DNA of 64,000 nt, taken from NCBI GenBank assembly GCA_964291235.2, contig OZ219816.1, positions 1,728,001 to 1,792,000 on the forward strand, read 5' to 3'. Below, in pieces: positions 27,379 to 37,159 of this stretch (positions within the stretch are counted from its first letter, which is position 1; every line of letters begins with the position of its first letter). The stretch comes from Vicinamibacteria bacterium. GTDB taxonomy: Bacteria; Acidobacteriota; Vicinamibacteria; Marinacidobacterales; Marinacidobacteraceae. The notes under the pieces are model-generated. The model was not told the origin of the DNA, ran no database searches, and worked only from the letters and a program-made list of their open reading frames with translations. Made by a program: the position numbers and the translations under genes.

Positions 27379-28257
27379 TCAGCCGTCTTCCGGCTTCTTC
27401 GCACAGTAGCGCCGAAGCTCGAAGAAGCCCTTGGACCACACTTCGTGAAGCAGGCGCATGCGCTGGATCAGCCGGCCCAGCTCCGGGGTGTTCACGCCGG
27501 ACAGCCAGTACAGCGAGAGTTGCCGGTGCCGGTGCCCGATGAGCCGGATGTTCTCCGCATCCTTGCCGCCAAACCCCTCGAACTCGACCAGTTCGAAGCC
27601 GGCCCCGGCCAGCAGGCGGGTGTAGGTGGACTGGCGCTCAAGCGGAGACACCATCCACGGCTCGCAGAGCGGCAGGATGTGCTGCTCGTACTCCTCGCCG
27701 CTCAAATCGTCGCGAGCCATCCAGTCCATGGCCGCGATCCGGCCTCCCGGGGAGAGGATCCGGAACACCTCGCGAAGAAACGTTCCCCGGTCGCCGTAGT
27801 GGCAGGCGCTTTCGATATTCACTACGGCATCAATGGAGCCGTCGTCGAACGGAAGGTGTTCCGAGCAGTCGGCGTATCCAAAGCGCACCCGGTCTTCCAC
27901 GCCGGCATCCGCCGCCTTGCGGTTGGCGATCTCGAGTTGCTTCCGGTTCACGTTGACACCGGTAACGGCGCAGCCGTGTTTGTTCGCCAGGTAGATCGCG
28001 GTGCCCCCGACTCCACAGCCGGCGTCCACGACATGGTGGTCGGCTCCGATCCCGGCGGGGGCGGCAATCACATCCACCATCCGTTCCACCGCCCGCTGCA
28101 AACCGGCGGACTCGGCCAGCCGGTTCAGGTCCTCGGGAACGTCCTCCGGCTCGAAGAGCCCGAGATGAATGTGGTCGGGATTCCAGCTCGCGGCGTAACC
28201 CGCGGTGAGTTCGTCGTAGTGGAGCTCGACGAGGCGTGAGTGTTCCGAGAGCGCCAA
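27379..28257 (-). CDS. Class I SAM-dependent methyltransferase
   Basis: HLGLF, VVDAGCGVGG, IESACHY, RILSPGG; within the cluster 2 operon. Confidence 0.9.
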   Translation of the reverse strand: MALSEHSRLVELHYDELTAGYAASWNPDHIHLGLFEPEDVPEDLNRLAESAGLQRAVERMVDVIAAPAGIGADHHVVDAGCGVGGTAIYLANKHGCAVTGVNVNRKQLEIANRKAADAGVEDRVRFGYADCSEHLPFDDGSIDAVVNIESACHYGDRGTFLREVFRILSPGGRIAAMDWMARDDLSGEEYEQHILPLCEPWMVSPLERQSTYTRLLAGAGFELVEFEGFGGKDAENIRLIGHRHRQLSLYWLSGVNTPELGRLIQRMRLLHEVWSKGFFELRRYCAKKPEDG

Positions 28258-28328
28258 CTACCGGACTCCTCGTTTCCGGGCGGGGCGGCTGCGCGGCAAC
28301 GGGTCCGACCACTCCGGGGCGCGCACGA

Positions 28329-30821
28329 TTACGCGTGGCGATCCGTAGCAGCCGCCGCCCGGCTCCGTGACGCTTCACCAAGAGGGAAGGGTCCCGGCGC
28401 GGTCATGCCCTCGATCCCCCCGATGTCAGCCGCCACTCGCGCCGCCGTTTCACCAATGTGCCCGGTCAGCGCTTCGAAGTCCTTCGCCCCGCCGGCTTCC
28501 GCGACGACGGACCTGACCTCGGGCCTGACCTCGGGACGGGCCGATTCGGCCCCGAAGCCCTCGTCCGCGACCAGACGCAGGATGCCGCGCAGGTTGCGCA
28601 ACTGCGTCGCCGCTTCGGCCAGGCGCCCCGCGGCGGCCTCCGCGATCAGCCCGCGGGCGCCCGCGGCTTCGAAGACGGCCCCCGCGTCGAGGGACAGGAC
28701 CTCCGGCATTTTCCCGGCGCACTTCAGTTGCAGGAAGCGGGCGGCGCGCTCGACGTCGTGAAGACCGCCCGGCATGGCGTCGAGGGACGCCAGACCCGGT
28801 TCCGCCGCGCCATATGCGGCATGCGCCAACTGTGACATCAGGGTGTTGCGCGCGGGGCTGCGGGCCGCGATGTCCCGCCGCGCCGCTTCAAACCGCGCCG
28901 CAAGATCCGACCCGTCCGACTGGAAGACGCAGCGAGCGCGTATCAGTTCCAGGAGTTCGCCTTCCGGGCCGACATCCCGGTGGTAATCGAGGAAATCGGC
29001 GAACGACCTCACGGAGTGCGGCGTGGCTCCACGCGGAACCGGGGCGATCAGCAGGTTGTCGCGGGAGAGGCTGCGCAGCACTTTCCGGAAGCGGCGGCAG
29101 AGAGAGTCGTAGTACTCCGGAGGCCCGCCCTCGTACAGGAAAAGGAGGTCCAGTTCCGAGCCCAGGATCCTCTCCCGGCCGGCCACGTCTCCGAACGCGA
29201 CCACACAGATCCCGCTCCCGGGATCCGGAGAACTACTTTCCGCAAAGTCCTCGCAGACGGCGGACAACACGGCCGAGATCGACGCTTCGGCCACCCGGGA
29301 GGCCACCGCCCCCGCCTCGCTCGGGGTCAGGTTGCCGCGCATGGTGTGCACGCCGACCTGGAACGCCTTCGTGTTCGACCACTCGCGCGCCAGTCCCACC
29401 GCTTCCCCGGCGTTCTGAGCGGGGGTTTCCGCGATCTGTTCCTTCATCTCCTCCGCACCGAGTTCGCGCGTCCAGTAGAGGCGCACGAGTCCGCGGCGGG
29501 CGATCCTTTCGAATTCGGGATCAGGCCCGAACCCGCCCGGCAGGTCCAGATCGGTGAACTCCCTGGTGTCGAGGCTGTCCAGCAACTCCGGCGTCCGGTT
29601 TATCCAGGCGGCGAGCGGGGGCGAACCGCCGAGGATTTCCTGGATGGCGTCGAAGGCTGCCGGGCGGGCGGCGAACGCGTCGCTGTCGTACGCGCGCCAG
29701 TCCTTGACCTCGGGGTAGAAGTAGGCCCGCTGCTGATCCAGCAGGGGATCCATGAGCTTGAACCAGCGGCTCGGGAAGAGCGCCAGGTTGTTCATCTGCG
29801 AGTACCGGGCCGGTAGTTGCGGCGACTCTTCTCCGCCGTAGTGCTGCAGCACCGGGTAGCGCCGGTTGGACGCCGCATGGTGGTCGGCGTGCCGCTGCAT
29901 GTTGTAGTAGAGCCAGTTGGTGAACTTGTAGTCAGCGCTCCAGGCGTGCCGCGGGAGGACGCGCTCGAAGCGGCCGCTCGGCATCCGGATGCGCCTCAAT
30001 CCGTAGTGCTGGACGTAGTTGCTGACCTTCATCGAGAAGACCACGCTGAAGCACAAGACCGCGTAGATGAGAACGGCCCACGGCCCACCCAGAACGAAAA
30101 CCAGCGCATACCAGGCGCCGGTTTCCAGCACGTAGAGCCAGAAGGGATTGGAGTAGTGCCAGACCGGCAATCGGCTGCGCGCCAGTCGCTTTTTCTCGAA
30201 ACGCCAGGCCCCGGTCAGGTTACTCGCGATCTCCCGGGGCAGATACCGCCAAAAGCTCGTGCCCTTGGGGGCCGACCCGGGGTCCGCCGGAGTGCAGACC
30301 AGCGGATGATGGATGTAAACGTGCTCCGTCGCGTAGTGCGGATAGGACGCGGACGCCAGCACGAATTCCCCGAGCCGACGCTCCCACGTGGCGCGCCGGT
30401 GGACCAATTCGTGACCGACCACGAAAACCGTCTGGCCCACAAGGACCAGCACGAACGCCATCACCCCAATTTCCCATCCGGCGAGATGTCCGGACACCAG
30501 CATCTGCCAGAGTGAGAAGACGAAGGTCAGCGGCCAGATCATGGCCCACAGCCAGGCGGACAGCTTGTACACGAACAGGCGGCTCTCCGGAGTCCGGTCC
30601 GGGTCCATGTTCCGCTCCTGCTTGCCGAGCACCTGGTCGAACTGGTCGGCGATCGTGAGAAACAGGAAGGGACCCGCGAGCCACCAGCCGCCGTTCATCC
30701 CGGCAGCGATTACCAGCGGAAACACCAGCAGGGGCGCGAAATAGGGGAAGGCGTTCCCGAGGGAGGGTTCCACCCAGGCTGCACCGGCAGCCGCAACGGT
30801 GTTCGAACCTCCCGACGCCAT
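28329..30821 (-). CDS. AlkB/desaturase-type membrane di-iron oxygenase fused to a GlnE-like nucleotidyltransferase domain
   Basis: His boxes HELVH, EHVYIHH, NYVQHYG, QRHADHH; C-half FGDVAGRE...SELDLLFLY and PGGLHDVE; RBS AAGGAGG. Confidence 0.85.
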   Translation of the reverse strand: MASGGSNTVAAAGAAWVEPSLGNAFPYFAPLLVFPLVIAAGMNGGWWLAGPFLFLTIADQFDQVLGKQERNMDPDRTPESRLFVYKLSAWLWAMIWPLTFVFSLWQMLVSGHLAGWEIGVMAFVLVLVGQTVFVVGHELVHRRATWERRLGEFVLASASYPHYATEHVYIHHPLVCTPADPGSAPKGTSFWRYLPREIASNLTGAWRFEKKRLARSRLPVWHYSNPFWLYVLETGAWYALVFVLGGPWAVLIYAVLCFSVVFSMKVSNYVQHYGLRRIRMPSGRFERVLPRHAWSADYKFTNWLYYNMQRHADHHAASNRRYPVLQHYGGEESPQLPARYSQMNNLALFPSRWFKLMDPLLDQQRAYFYPEVKDWRAYDSDAFAARPAAFDAIQEILGGSPPLAAWINRTPELLDSLDTREFTDLDLPGGFGPDPEFERIARRGLVRLYWTRELGAEEMKEQIAETPAQNAGEAVGLAREWSNTKAFQVGVHTMRGNLTPSEAGAVASRVAEASISAVLSAVCEDFAESSSPDPGSGICVVAFGDVAGRERILGSELDLLFLYEGGPPEYYDSLCRRFRKVLRSLSRDNLLIAPVPRGATPHSVRSFADFLDYHRDVGPEGELLELIRARCVFQSDGSDLAARFEAARRDIAARSPARNTLMSQLAHAAYGAAEPGLASLDAMPGGLHDVERAARFLQLKCAGKMPEVLSLDAGAVFEAAGARGLIAEAAAGRLAEAATQLRNLRGILRLVADEGFGAESARPEVRPEVRSVVAEAGGAKDFEALTGHIGETAARVAADIGGIEGMTAPGPFPLGEASRSRAAAATDRHA

Positions 30822-30888
30822 CGTTACCTCCTTAAGGTCGCCTGATTCGGATCAGTCTGATCGTAGCACTTCGCCGGCCGCCGAACTT

Positions 30889-33813
30889 TCACGCCAACTG
30901 CCGGCGAACCAGGTCCTGGAACGGCCCCTCGGTTGCCACGAGGACCGCATAGGACCCCTCCTGAACGACCTTCCCGGCGCGCATCACGTAGATGCGGTCC
31001 GCTTCGCGGAGGGTGGACAGCCGGTGGGCGATGACGATCCGCGTCGAGGTGAGACGCGCGAGGTTGTCCATGACCGTCGCCTGCGAGTCGTTGTCGAGCC
31101 AGTTGGTTGCTTCGTCGAGAAGGAGGATTCGCGGATTGCCGATCAGCGCGTGCGCGATCGTGATGCGCTGGCTTTCGCCGCCGGAGGTGACGCTCCCGCC
31201 GGCCCCGACGGGGGTCAGCATCCCCATGGGCATCGCCGCGATCTCGCGGTCCACCGCCGCGATCCGGGCGGCCCGCCAGGCATCCTCGGCGGTGGCTTCT
31301 TCGTGGTCTCCCGCGATGTTGTCCCAAAGGTCCTGCGGATGGAGTTGGACCTGCTGGGGAACGGTGCCGAGCTTCCGGCGCACCTGCTTGACGTTGAGAT
31401 GCCGGAGATCGCGTCCGTCGTAGTACACCGCTCCCGACGACGGCTGGTCCAGGCCGAGCGCCAGGCGAAAGAGCGTGCTCTTGCCGGCGCCGGACTCGCC
31501 GGCGATCGCCACGAACTCGCCGGCGCGAGCGCGAATGGATACATCGTCCAGAATCGCCGGGCCGTCCTCGTCGTAACGGAAACTCACGTGGTCGAACGCG
31601 ATCTCGCCGCCCAGAACTTCTACGGCTTCCCCACCCGCGCTCATCTCCGGGGGCTCGGCCAGGAACGGCTCGACACGCTGGAGCGCCGGCAAGATGCCGG
31701 CAAGCGCGCTGAATGATGTCCCGAGACGCACTACCGACATCTGGAACAGCAGGAGCAGGGTGTAAACGACGAGAAAATCTCCCACCGCGATCGGCCCGCG
31801 GTCCGGGAGAGTCGCGCCGAGCAGGAGGAGCGCCGCCGCGAGCAGCGGCAGCGCGGCGCAGAACGCCTTCAGATGGGCCTCGAGGGAGCCGAGTTCCAGT
31901 TCGGCCTTCTTCTGGTCCCGGTAGTCGCGAGCCCACATCGCGAACGCCGACCCCTCGGCGCCGTCCACCCGCAGCTTCGAGATGCCTCCCACCAGTTGGA
32001 ACAAACGGCCGGCCAGCCGGCCGATCGCATCCGTCACCCGGCGCTGGGGCGACATCTGGCCGAGGCCGAGGGCCACCGTAGCCCCGAGCGAGACGAGGGC
32101 AAAGACAGCCGCCAGGCCGCCCAGCACCGCGTCATAAACGACAATGAGGAGGAGCGCCGGGGCCAGGAACACCAGCGACAGGACAGCGCCCCCGACCACC
32201 CCCTGGACGGCGTCGCGGAGAAGCTGGAACGTTGTCCCGCGCATCGCGAGATCCCCGGCCGAGTAGCGATGCAGGACGCTCGGGGGCAGGCGCAGCAACC
32301 GGTCCCAGAAGGCGGCTTCGATCCGTGAGGCCGCGCGGCCCTCCAGACGCATCAAGGCCATTCCCCGAAGGACATAGAGGAGGGACCCGACCAGGCCGAC
32401 TGCCGCGAGCGCCGCGGTGGCGAGATACAACAAGCCGACCTCGCCCGCCGGAATCACCGCATCCGCGATGAACCCGAGGACCACCGCCGGCAGCAGCATG
32501 ACCAGCCCGCCGAGGAGCCCGGCGAACAGGAAGCGCAGGAAATCGGCCCTCAGCCCGCTCCGGGCGAGGCGGAACAGATCCTTGAGGCCCACGCTGTCCG
32601 AAGTCAGGGGCTGATAGAAGAGCCAGGCCCGGTCGCGGAGCGATTGCGCGGTCTCCGCGGTGACCCGGATGGTGCGCCCGGAGACGGGGTCCACCTGGCG
32701 ATACGGGCCGTAGACGCCCGGCAACAACACGACGGGCCTCCCGTCCTCCTTGCGAAAGGCCAGCAGCGCGCCGCTGTCACCGAACCACCATCGGTCTTCG
32801 GAAGCGAGCCGTATACGCCGGCTGCGGACGCCCGATGCATCAAGGACCTGACCCAGGAGCGTGGCGGGGTCCCCTTCCTCCCGCTCCACGGGGAACCGGA
32901 ACGGGATTCCCGTTTGCCGGCCGATGACCCGGAGCGCCTCGAAAAGTTCCGTCGCCTGGGCTTCCTGGCCCTTTTCGGATTCCGGGCGGTACAGATCGAA
33001 GAGTTCGCGCCGGGCGCGCTCCTCGTCGATGCGGCGGTTCGTTGCCCGCACGCGCTCCAGATTGGCCTGGTCCACAACCGCCAGGCTGCGGTTGAGCCGT
33101 TCCACCGCGAAGGCCACGGCCTGGAAGCGCGCCAGTGCGGGCCACAGCAGCCCCTCGCTGGCGAGCGCCCAGGAGGAGCGGCCGGTGACCTCCACCGCGT
33201 CCAGCAGCGTGAGCCAGCTGTCGGGCGTTAGTGGGATCGCGGTGGGTGTTTCTCCGGTTTCCCGACCCGCGGCGGGATCGACCAGGCTCAGGAAAAGCGT
33301 CGCGCCCGGCGGCGGCGCGGAGACCCACACGGGCCCCCGCCGGCTCGACAAGGTGCCGCTCTGCGCCGGCGCGGTCCGTCCGGGTTCGACGAGGACGTCC
33401 GGACGCGGCCGCCCGATGACGTCGCGGGACAGCATGGCCGAAATCTCCTGGAGCCAGGCGTCGGCCTGCTCCGCCAGTTCCGCGGGGCGGACGGACGACA
33501 GGCTGGCGACCGGAAGACGTCGCACCAGCGTTCCCTGCACGCCCTTCGCAACCAGCGCGAGGGTCGTTTCGCCGGCGTCGGACAAAACCCCGGGAAGCAA
33601 CCGGCCGGCGTCCGCCCGCAGCAGGTGCTGCGGCGCCGACTGCTCCTCGCCGTCCTTCCTTTCGACCAGGAACACGTCCACGGCGCCGCTCTCGATGAAC
33701 CAGGCGGATTCGGGATCGGCCATGTCGAGCGGCAGGTTGCCCGCAGAGGCGATCTCCACCCCGAACTCCCCCGCCACTTCGGCGAGCGGGCGTCGCTTCG
33801 GCTTCACGGTCAA
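30889..33813 (-). CDS. NHLP export ABC transporter permease/ATPase, paralog 2
   Basis: GESGAGKST, SGGESQR, LLDEATNWLD; colinear with 9967..12906. Confidence 0.92.
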   Translation of the reverse strand: MTVKPKRRPLAEVAGEFGVEIASAGNLPLDMADPESAWFIESGAVDVFLVERKDGEEQSAPQHLLRADAGRLLPGVLSDAGETTLALVAKGVQGTLVRRLPVASLSSVRPAELAEQADAWLQEISAMLSRDVIGRPRPDVLVEPGRTAPAQSGTLSSRRGPVWVSAPPPGATLFLSLVDPAAGRETGETPTAIPLTPDSWLTLLDAVEVTGRSSWALASEGLLWPALARFQAVAFAVERLNRSLAVVDQANLERVRATNRRIDEERARRELFDLYRPESEKGQEAQATELFEALRVIGRQTGIPFRFPVEREEGDPATLLGQVLDASGVRSRRIRLASEDRWWFGDSGALLAFRKEDGRPVVLLPGVYGPYRQVDPVSGRTIRVTAETAQSLRDRAWLFYQPLTSDSVGLKDLFRLARSGLRADFLRFLFAGLLGGLVMLLPAVVLGFIADAVIPAGEVGLLYLATAALAAVGLVGSLLYVLRGMALMRLEGRAASRIEAAFWDRLLRLPPSVLHRYSAGDLAMRGTTFQLLRDAVQGVVGGAVLSLVFLAPALLLIVVYDAVLGGLAAVFALVSLGATVALGLGQMSPQRRVTDAIGRLAGRLFQLVGGISKLRVDGAEGSAFAMWARDYRDQKKAELELGSLEAHLKAFCAALPLLAAALLLLGATLPDRGPIAVGDFLVVYTLLLLFQMSVVRLGTSFSALAGILPALQRVEPFLAEPPEMSAGGEAVEVLGGEIAFDHVSFRYDEDGPAILDDVSIRARAGEFVAIAGESGAGKSTLFRLALGLDQPSSGAVYYDGRDLRHLNVKQVRRKLGTVPQQVQLHPQDLWDNIAGDHEEATAEDAWRAARIAAVDREIAAMPMGMLTPVGAGGSVTSGGESQRITIAHALIGNPRILLLDEATNWLDNDSQATVMDNLARLTSTRIVIAHRLSTLREADRIYVMRAGKVVQEGSYAVLVATEGPFQDLVRRQLA

Positions 33814-33824
33814 AACCCCTGCCG

Positions 33825-36047
33825 CTACCCGGCGCGGACGAGCCTGGCGTAGGCCCCTTGCTCGTCCGCCATCAGATCGTCATGGGTGCCCCGCTGCAGT
33901 TCCACACCCTTCTCCAGCACGATGATCTCGTCGCAATCGCGCACCGTGCTCAGTCGGTGAGCCACGATCAGGCAACTGATTCCCCGGCGCCTCAGCGCGT
34001 CATCCACGTACTCCTCGGTGGCGGCGTCAAGAGCGCTCGTCGCTTCGTCCAGAATGAGGATCGTCGGGTTGCCGACCAACGCGCGGGCGATTTCCAGGCG
34101 CTGCCGCTGGCCACCACTGAAATTGCCGCCGTTTTCGTCAACGGCGGTCCCGTAGCCGAGCGGCCGGCTGAGGATCTCGTCGTGGATGAAAGCGTCCCGG
34201 GCCGCGGCCACCACGTCGTCATCAGGAACGGCGGCGCTCCAGAGCGTGAGGTTTTCGCGCACGGTCGCGGAGAAGAGCACGACTTCCTGGTCCACCATCG
34301 AAAGGGACCGGGACAGCACCCCTTCGGGAATCTCGTGGCGGGGACGGCCATCGAAGAGGATCTCGCCGGACCAGGGCTGGTAAATGCCCGCGACCAGGCG
34401 CGACACCGTGGACTTGCCGGACCCGCTGTGTCCAACCACGGCAACGCGCTGTCCCGGCTTGATGACCAGGTTGAGGTCCTTGATCAGCGGCGGCCGGCCC
34501 TGGGTGTAGCCGAACGTCACTCCGCGCAGTTCCACCTCGCCGGCCAGCCGGAGCCGCCCGTTGAGGGTGGCGATGCCCCCGGACTCCTCGCCCCGCCGGG
34601 TCAGGACCGGGTCTTCCGGGGCTTCGGCGATGTCGTCCAACCGGCGCATGTCCGTCTCCAGCGCCTGACGCTCGTGAGCGAGCTCGATGAAGCGCCCGAC
34701 CGGATCGAGGAAAAGAGCCGCGAGGAGATAGAACGCCACCAATGCTCCGAGCGTCATCTCGCCGGCCATGACCCGGGTGGCGCCCACGGTCAGTACCGCG
34801 GCGTTACTCAGGACCAGGAACAGGCCCGGAAGGGCGGCGCCGAGATGACTGATCTCGGCAAACCGCTGTCGGGCCACCAGTTCCCGGGCCTGATGACCGC
34901 TCCAGCGGGCGAACGCGCTGTCCTCCGCCGCGGTCATCCGCAGGGTGTCCATCTGATTCAGCATCAGCGTGCCGACCCCGAGCAACAGCCCCTGCTCCCG
35001 GCGCATCGAGTGACTCTCGTCGGTCCGCAGCCGGGTAATCAGATGCACGATCGCCCCGTTGAGCACCCCGAGGCCGAACACGATGAGCGCCAGCACGGGA
35101 TCGAAAACGAGCATCAGAACGAGCGCCGCCCCGCTCATCGCGATTTCGATCAGCACGCCGACCAGGTGGTCCGATACGCCTCGGGCGATCTTGTCGATGG
35201 AGAAAATGCGGGCCGTCAGATCGCCGACCAGGCGGTGAGCGAAGAACTGCACGGGCAGCCGCAGCAGCCGGGAGACCAGGCGATTGCCGGCGACGACGGA
35301 AACACGGACGGCGAGCCGCCGCAGCCAACGCTCCTTCAGCCAGGTCAGTCCGTAAACCAGGGCGGCAGCTCCCGCCAGCGCTCCGGCCAGAATGGCGCCC
35401 CACGGCTCCTGCTGTCCGAGCACCCGGTCCACGAAGACGCCCAGGGCGACCGGCGCCACGAGAGCCAGCACGGCCAGAATCAGCCCGCTGGCAACGGCAT
35501 AGCCCAGGCCGCTTCCCGCGCCGCGCAACCACGCCGGGAGGCGGTCGCGGAGACCGAGCCGGCCTCCCCCGGGCCGGAAATCGGGGCCGGGCTTGAACTG
35601 CAGGACGATCCCCGAAAATCCCTCCTTGAACTCTCGGATGGTCAGTTTCCGCCGGCCGGTGGCCGGGTCGTTGAGGAAAAAATGGCCGGAGTCAAACCCC
35701 TCGAGGATCAGGAAGTGATTGAACTCCCAAAAGAGGATCAGGGGCAGCCGCAGCTTCCTGAGTTGCGCCGTGCTGACCTGCAGACCGGTGCACTCGAGGC
35801 CATAGTGCCGGGCGGCCCGGGAGATGCCCCCGGCCGTTGAACCGTCCCGACTGACCCCGCATCGCTGCCGCAACTCGATGAAAGGCACCCAGCGCCCGAA
35901 ATGGCCGAGCACGCTGCCGAGGCAGGCGGCGCCACACTCCGTCGCGTGCATCTGCAGCAGCAGCGGCGTGGTGACCCGCTGCCGGTCGCGGGAACCGGAG
36001 TTCTCGCTGCCTCTCTTCGCTCGGGCGTTCGGCGGAGACGCGGACAT
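33825..36047 (-). CDS. NHLP export ABC transporter with C39 peptidase, paralog 2
   Basis: QMHATECGAACL, NHFL, LNDP; GHSGSGKST, FSGGQRQR. Confidence 0.94.
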   Translation of the reverse strand: MSASPPNARAKRGSENSGSRDRQRVTTPLLLQMHATECGAACLGSVLGHFGRWVPFIELRQRCGVSRDGSTAGGISRAARHYGLECTGLQVSTAQLRKLRLPLILFWEFNHFLILEGFDSGHFFLNDPATGRRKLTIREFKEGFSGIVLQFKPGPDFRPGGGRLGLRDRLPAWLRGAGSGLGYAVASGLILAVLALVAPVALGVFVDRVLGQQEPWGAILAGALAGAAALVYGLTWLKERWLRRLAVRVSVVAGNRLVSRLLRLPVQFFAHRLVGDLTARIFSIDKIARGVSDHLVGVLIEIAMSGAALVLMLVFDPVLALIVFGLGVLNGAIVHLITRLRTDESHSMRREQGLLLGVGTLMLNQMDTLRMTAAEDSAFARWSGHQARELVARQRFAEISHLGAALPGLFLVLSNAAVLTVGATRVMAGEMTLGALVAFYLLAALFLDPVGRFIELAHERQALETDMRRLDDIAEAPEDPVLTRRGEESGGIATLNGRLRLAGEVELRGVTFGYTQGRPPLIKDLNLVIKPGQRVAVVGHSGSGKSTVSRLVAGIYQPWSGEILFDGRPRHEIPEGVLSRSLSMVDQEVVLFSATVRENLTLWSAAVPDDDVVAAARDAFIHDEILSRPLGYGTAVDENGGNFSGGQRQRLEIARALVGNPTILILDEATSALDAATEEYVDDALRRRGISCLIVAHRLSTVRDCDEIIVLEKGVELQRGTHDDLMADEQGAYARLVRAG

Positions 36048-36117
36048 CGGGGGTCGGTGGCGGACTTTGGACTACGCCAACTGGCGGCGCACCAAGTCTC
36101 CCGCTGGAGGGCCGCCG

Positions 36118-36202
36118 CCGTGGAGAAAGCGCCCCGCATTTGGAAACCCGTCGAGCGCGCTCGTTCGGGCGGCAAACAGAATGCGGGGCGCCTTCTCCAC
36201 GG
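36118..36202. repeat. 23-bp inverted repeat with 39-nt spacer
   Basis: CCGTGGAGAAAGCGCCCCGCATT (36118-36140) / AATGCGGGGCGCCTTCTCCACGG (36180-36202), one mismatch. Confidence 0.85.
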
Positions 36203-36209
36203 GATGAGA

Positions 36210-37097
36210 TCAGTAGCGTCCGAGACCCAGGACCGCGACGGGAGGCTCGCGGCCCAGCAGGATACGGACGCGGCATGGCGTCCCGTCCGGGACGGAGAGA
36301 TCCGCAGCGTCCTCCAGGTCCACGTCCACCCGATACCGGGACTCGGAGACCGCGGGCGGGAACTCCGCCAGCCACTCCGGCAGCGGTCCGGGAGTCACCG
36401 AAGCCACCTCTCCATCCCACACCCGTGTCGTCCCGTCGGGCATTTCGATGTCAACCGAGGCGCGCATTCCGGACCGAATGCGTTCCGCGGTCTGCGAAGC
36501 GACGCGCAGGACCGCCCGCAGGGGTCCATCTTCCGCGGCGCGAAGCTGCGCAACGGCAACTCCCACCGGCAGGTAGTCGCCCGCCGCGGACCGGAGCGCC
36601 ATCACGTCGCCGCCCATTTGGGCGACGATGACCGCTCTCGCGGAACGCCGAGCCTCCATCTCGAGGAGCGCCGTGCTGGCCGTATCGAGGACGGAGCGGA
36701 CCCCGGCGCCGCCTCCCGCGCGTTGGATTTCGGTCTGGAGCAACTCGACCCGTTCACGCAGCGCCTCGGTTTCACGGTCCAGCTCCGGTGTCGTCTGGCG
36801 GGCAATGGGGTCTCCGGCCTCGACCCGGGCCCCCGGATCCACCAACACCTCCACCAAGTGGCCTGGTTCGGTCGCCATCACCTCGTGGCGATCTCCGGGC
36901 TCGATCAAAACCCCGTCCAGCGTCAGACCGAGGGTGATGTTCCCGAAGAACCCCCAGACCGCGAGCCCCACCAGGACCAGGCCGATTCCCGCAAGCAGCA
37001 GGCGCTCGTGCGGCGCCGTGACCCGAAGGAGGTGGTCGAGTTGCTGGCGCTGGTCTTTGCTGGCGAGGGCCTTCTCGATAAAACCTTTCCTGAACAC
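36210..37097 (-). CDS. HlyD-family NHLP secretion protein
   Basis: QLDHLLRVTAPHE + TM, lipoyl half motifs (GARVEAGDPIA), helical hairpin. Confidence 0.9.
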   Translation of the reverse strand: MFRKGFIEKALASKDQRQQLDHLLRVTAPHERLLLAGIGLVLVGLAVWGFFGNITLGLTLDGVLIEPGDRHEVMATEPGHLVEVLVDPGARVEAGDPIARQTTPELDRETEALRERVELLQTEIQRAGGGAGVRSVLDTASTALLEMEARRSARAVIVAQMGGDVMALRSAAGDYLPVGVAVAQLRAAEDGPLRAVLRVASQTAERIRSGMRASVDIEMPDGTTRVWDGEVASVTPGPLPEWLAEFPPAVSESRYRVDVDLEDAADLSVPDGTPCRVRILLGREPPVAVLGLGRY

Positions 37098-37159
37098 CGA
37101 CTGAGAGTTCCCGGCCTTGCCGAGAGCGGTCGGCAGAATACCAGAGCGAATTCAGTTCC

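Larger units (their letters stand above)
23442..37097. other. RiPP cluster 2: paralogous proteusin/azoline cluster (core LCCCGI)
   Basis: Minus-strand operon HlyD, C39-ABC, ABC, AlkB-GlnE fusion, MT, YcaO, hypothetical, convergent on precursor 2. Confidence 0.92.
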
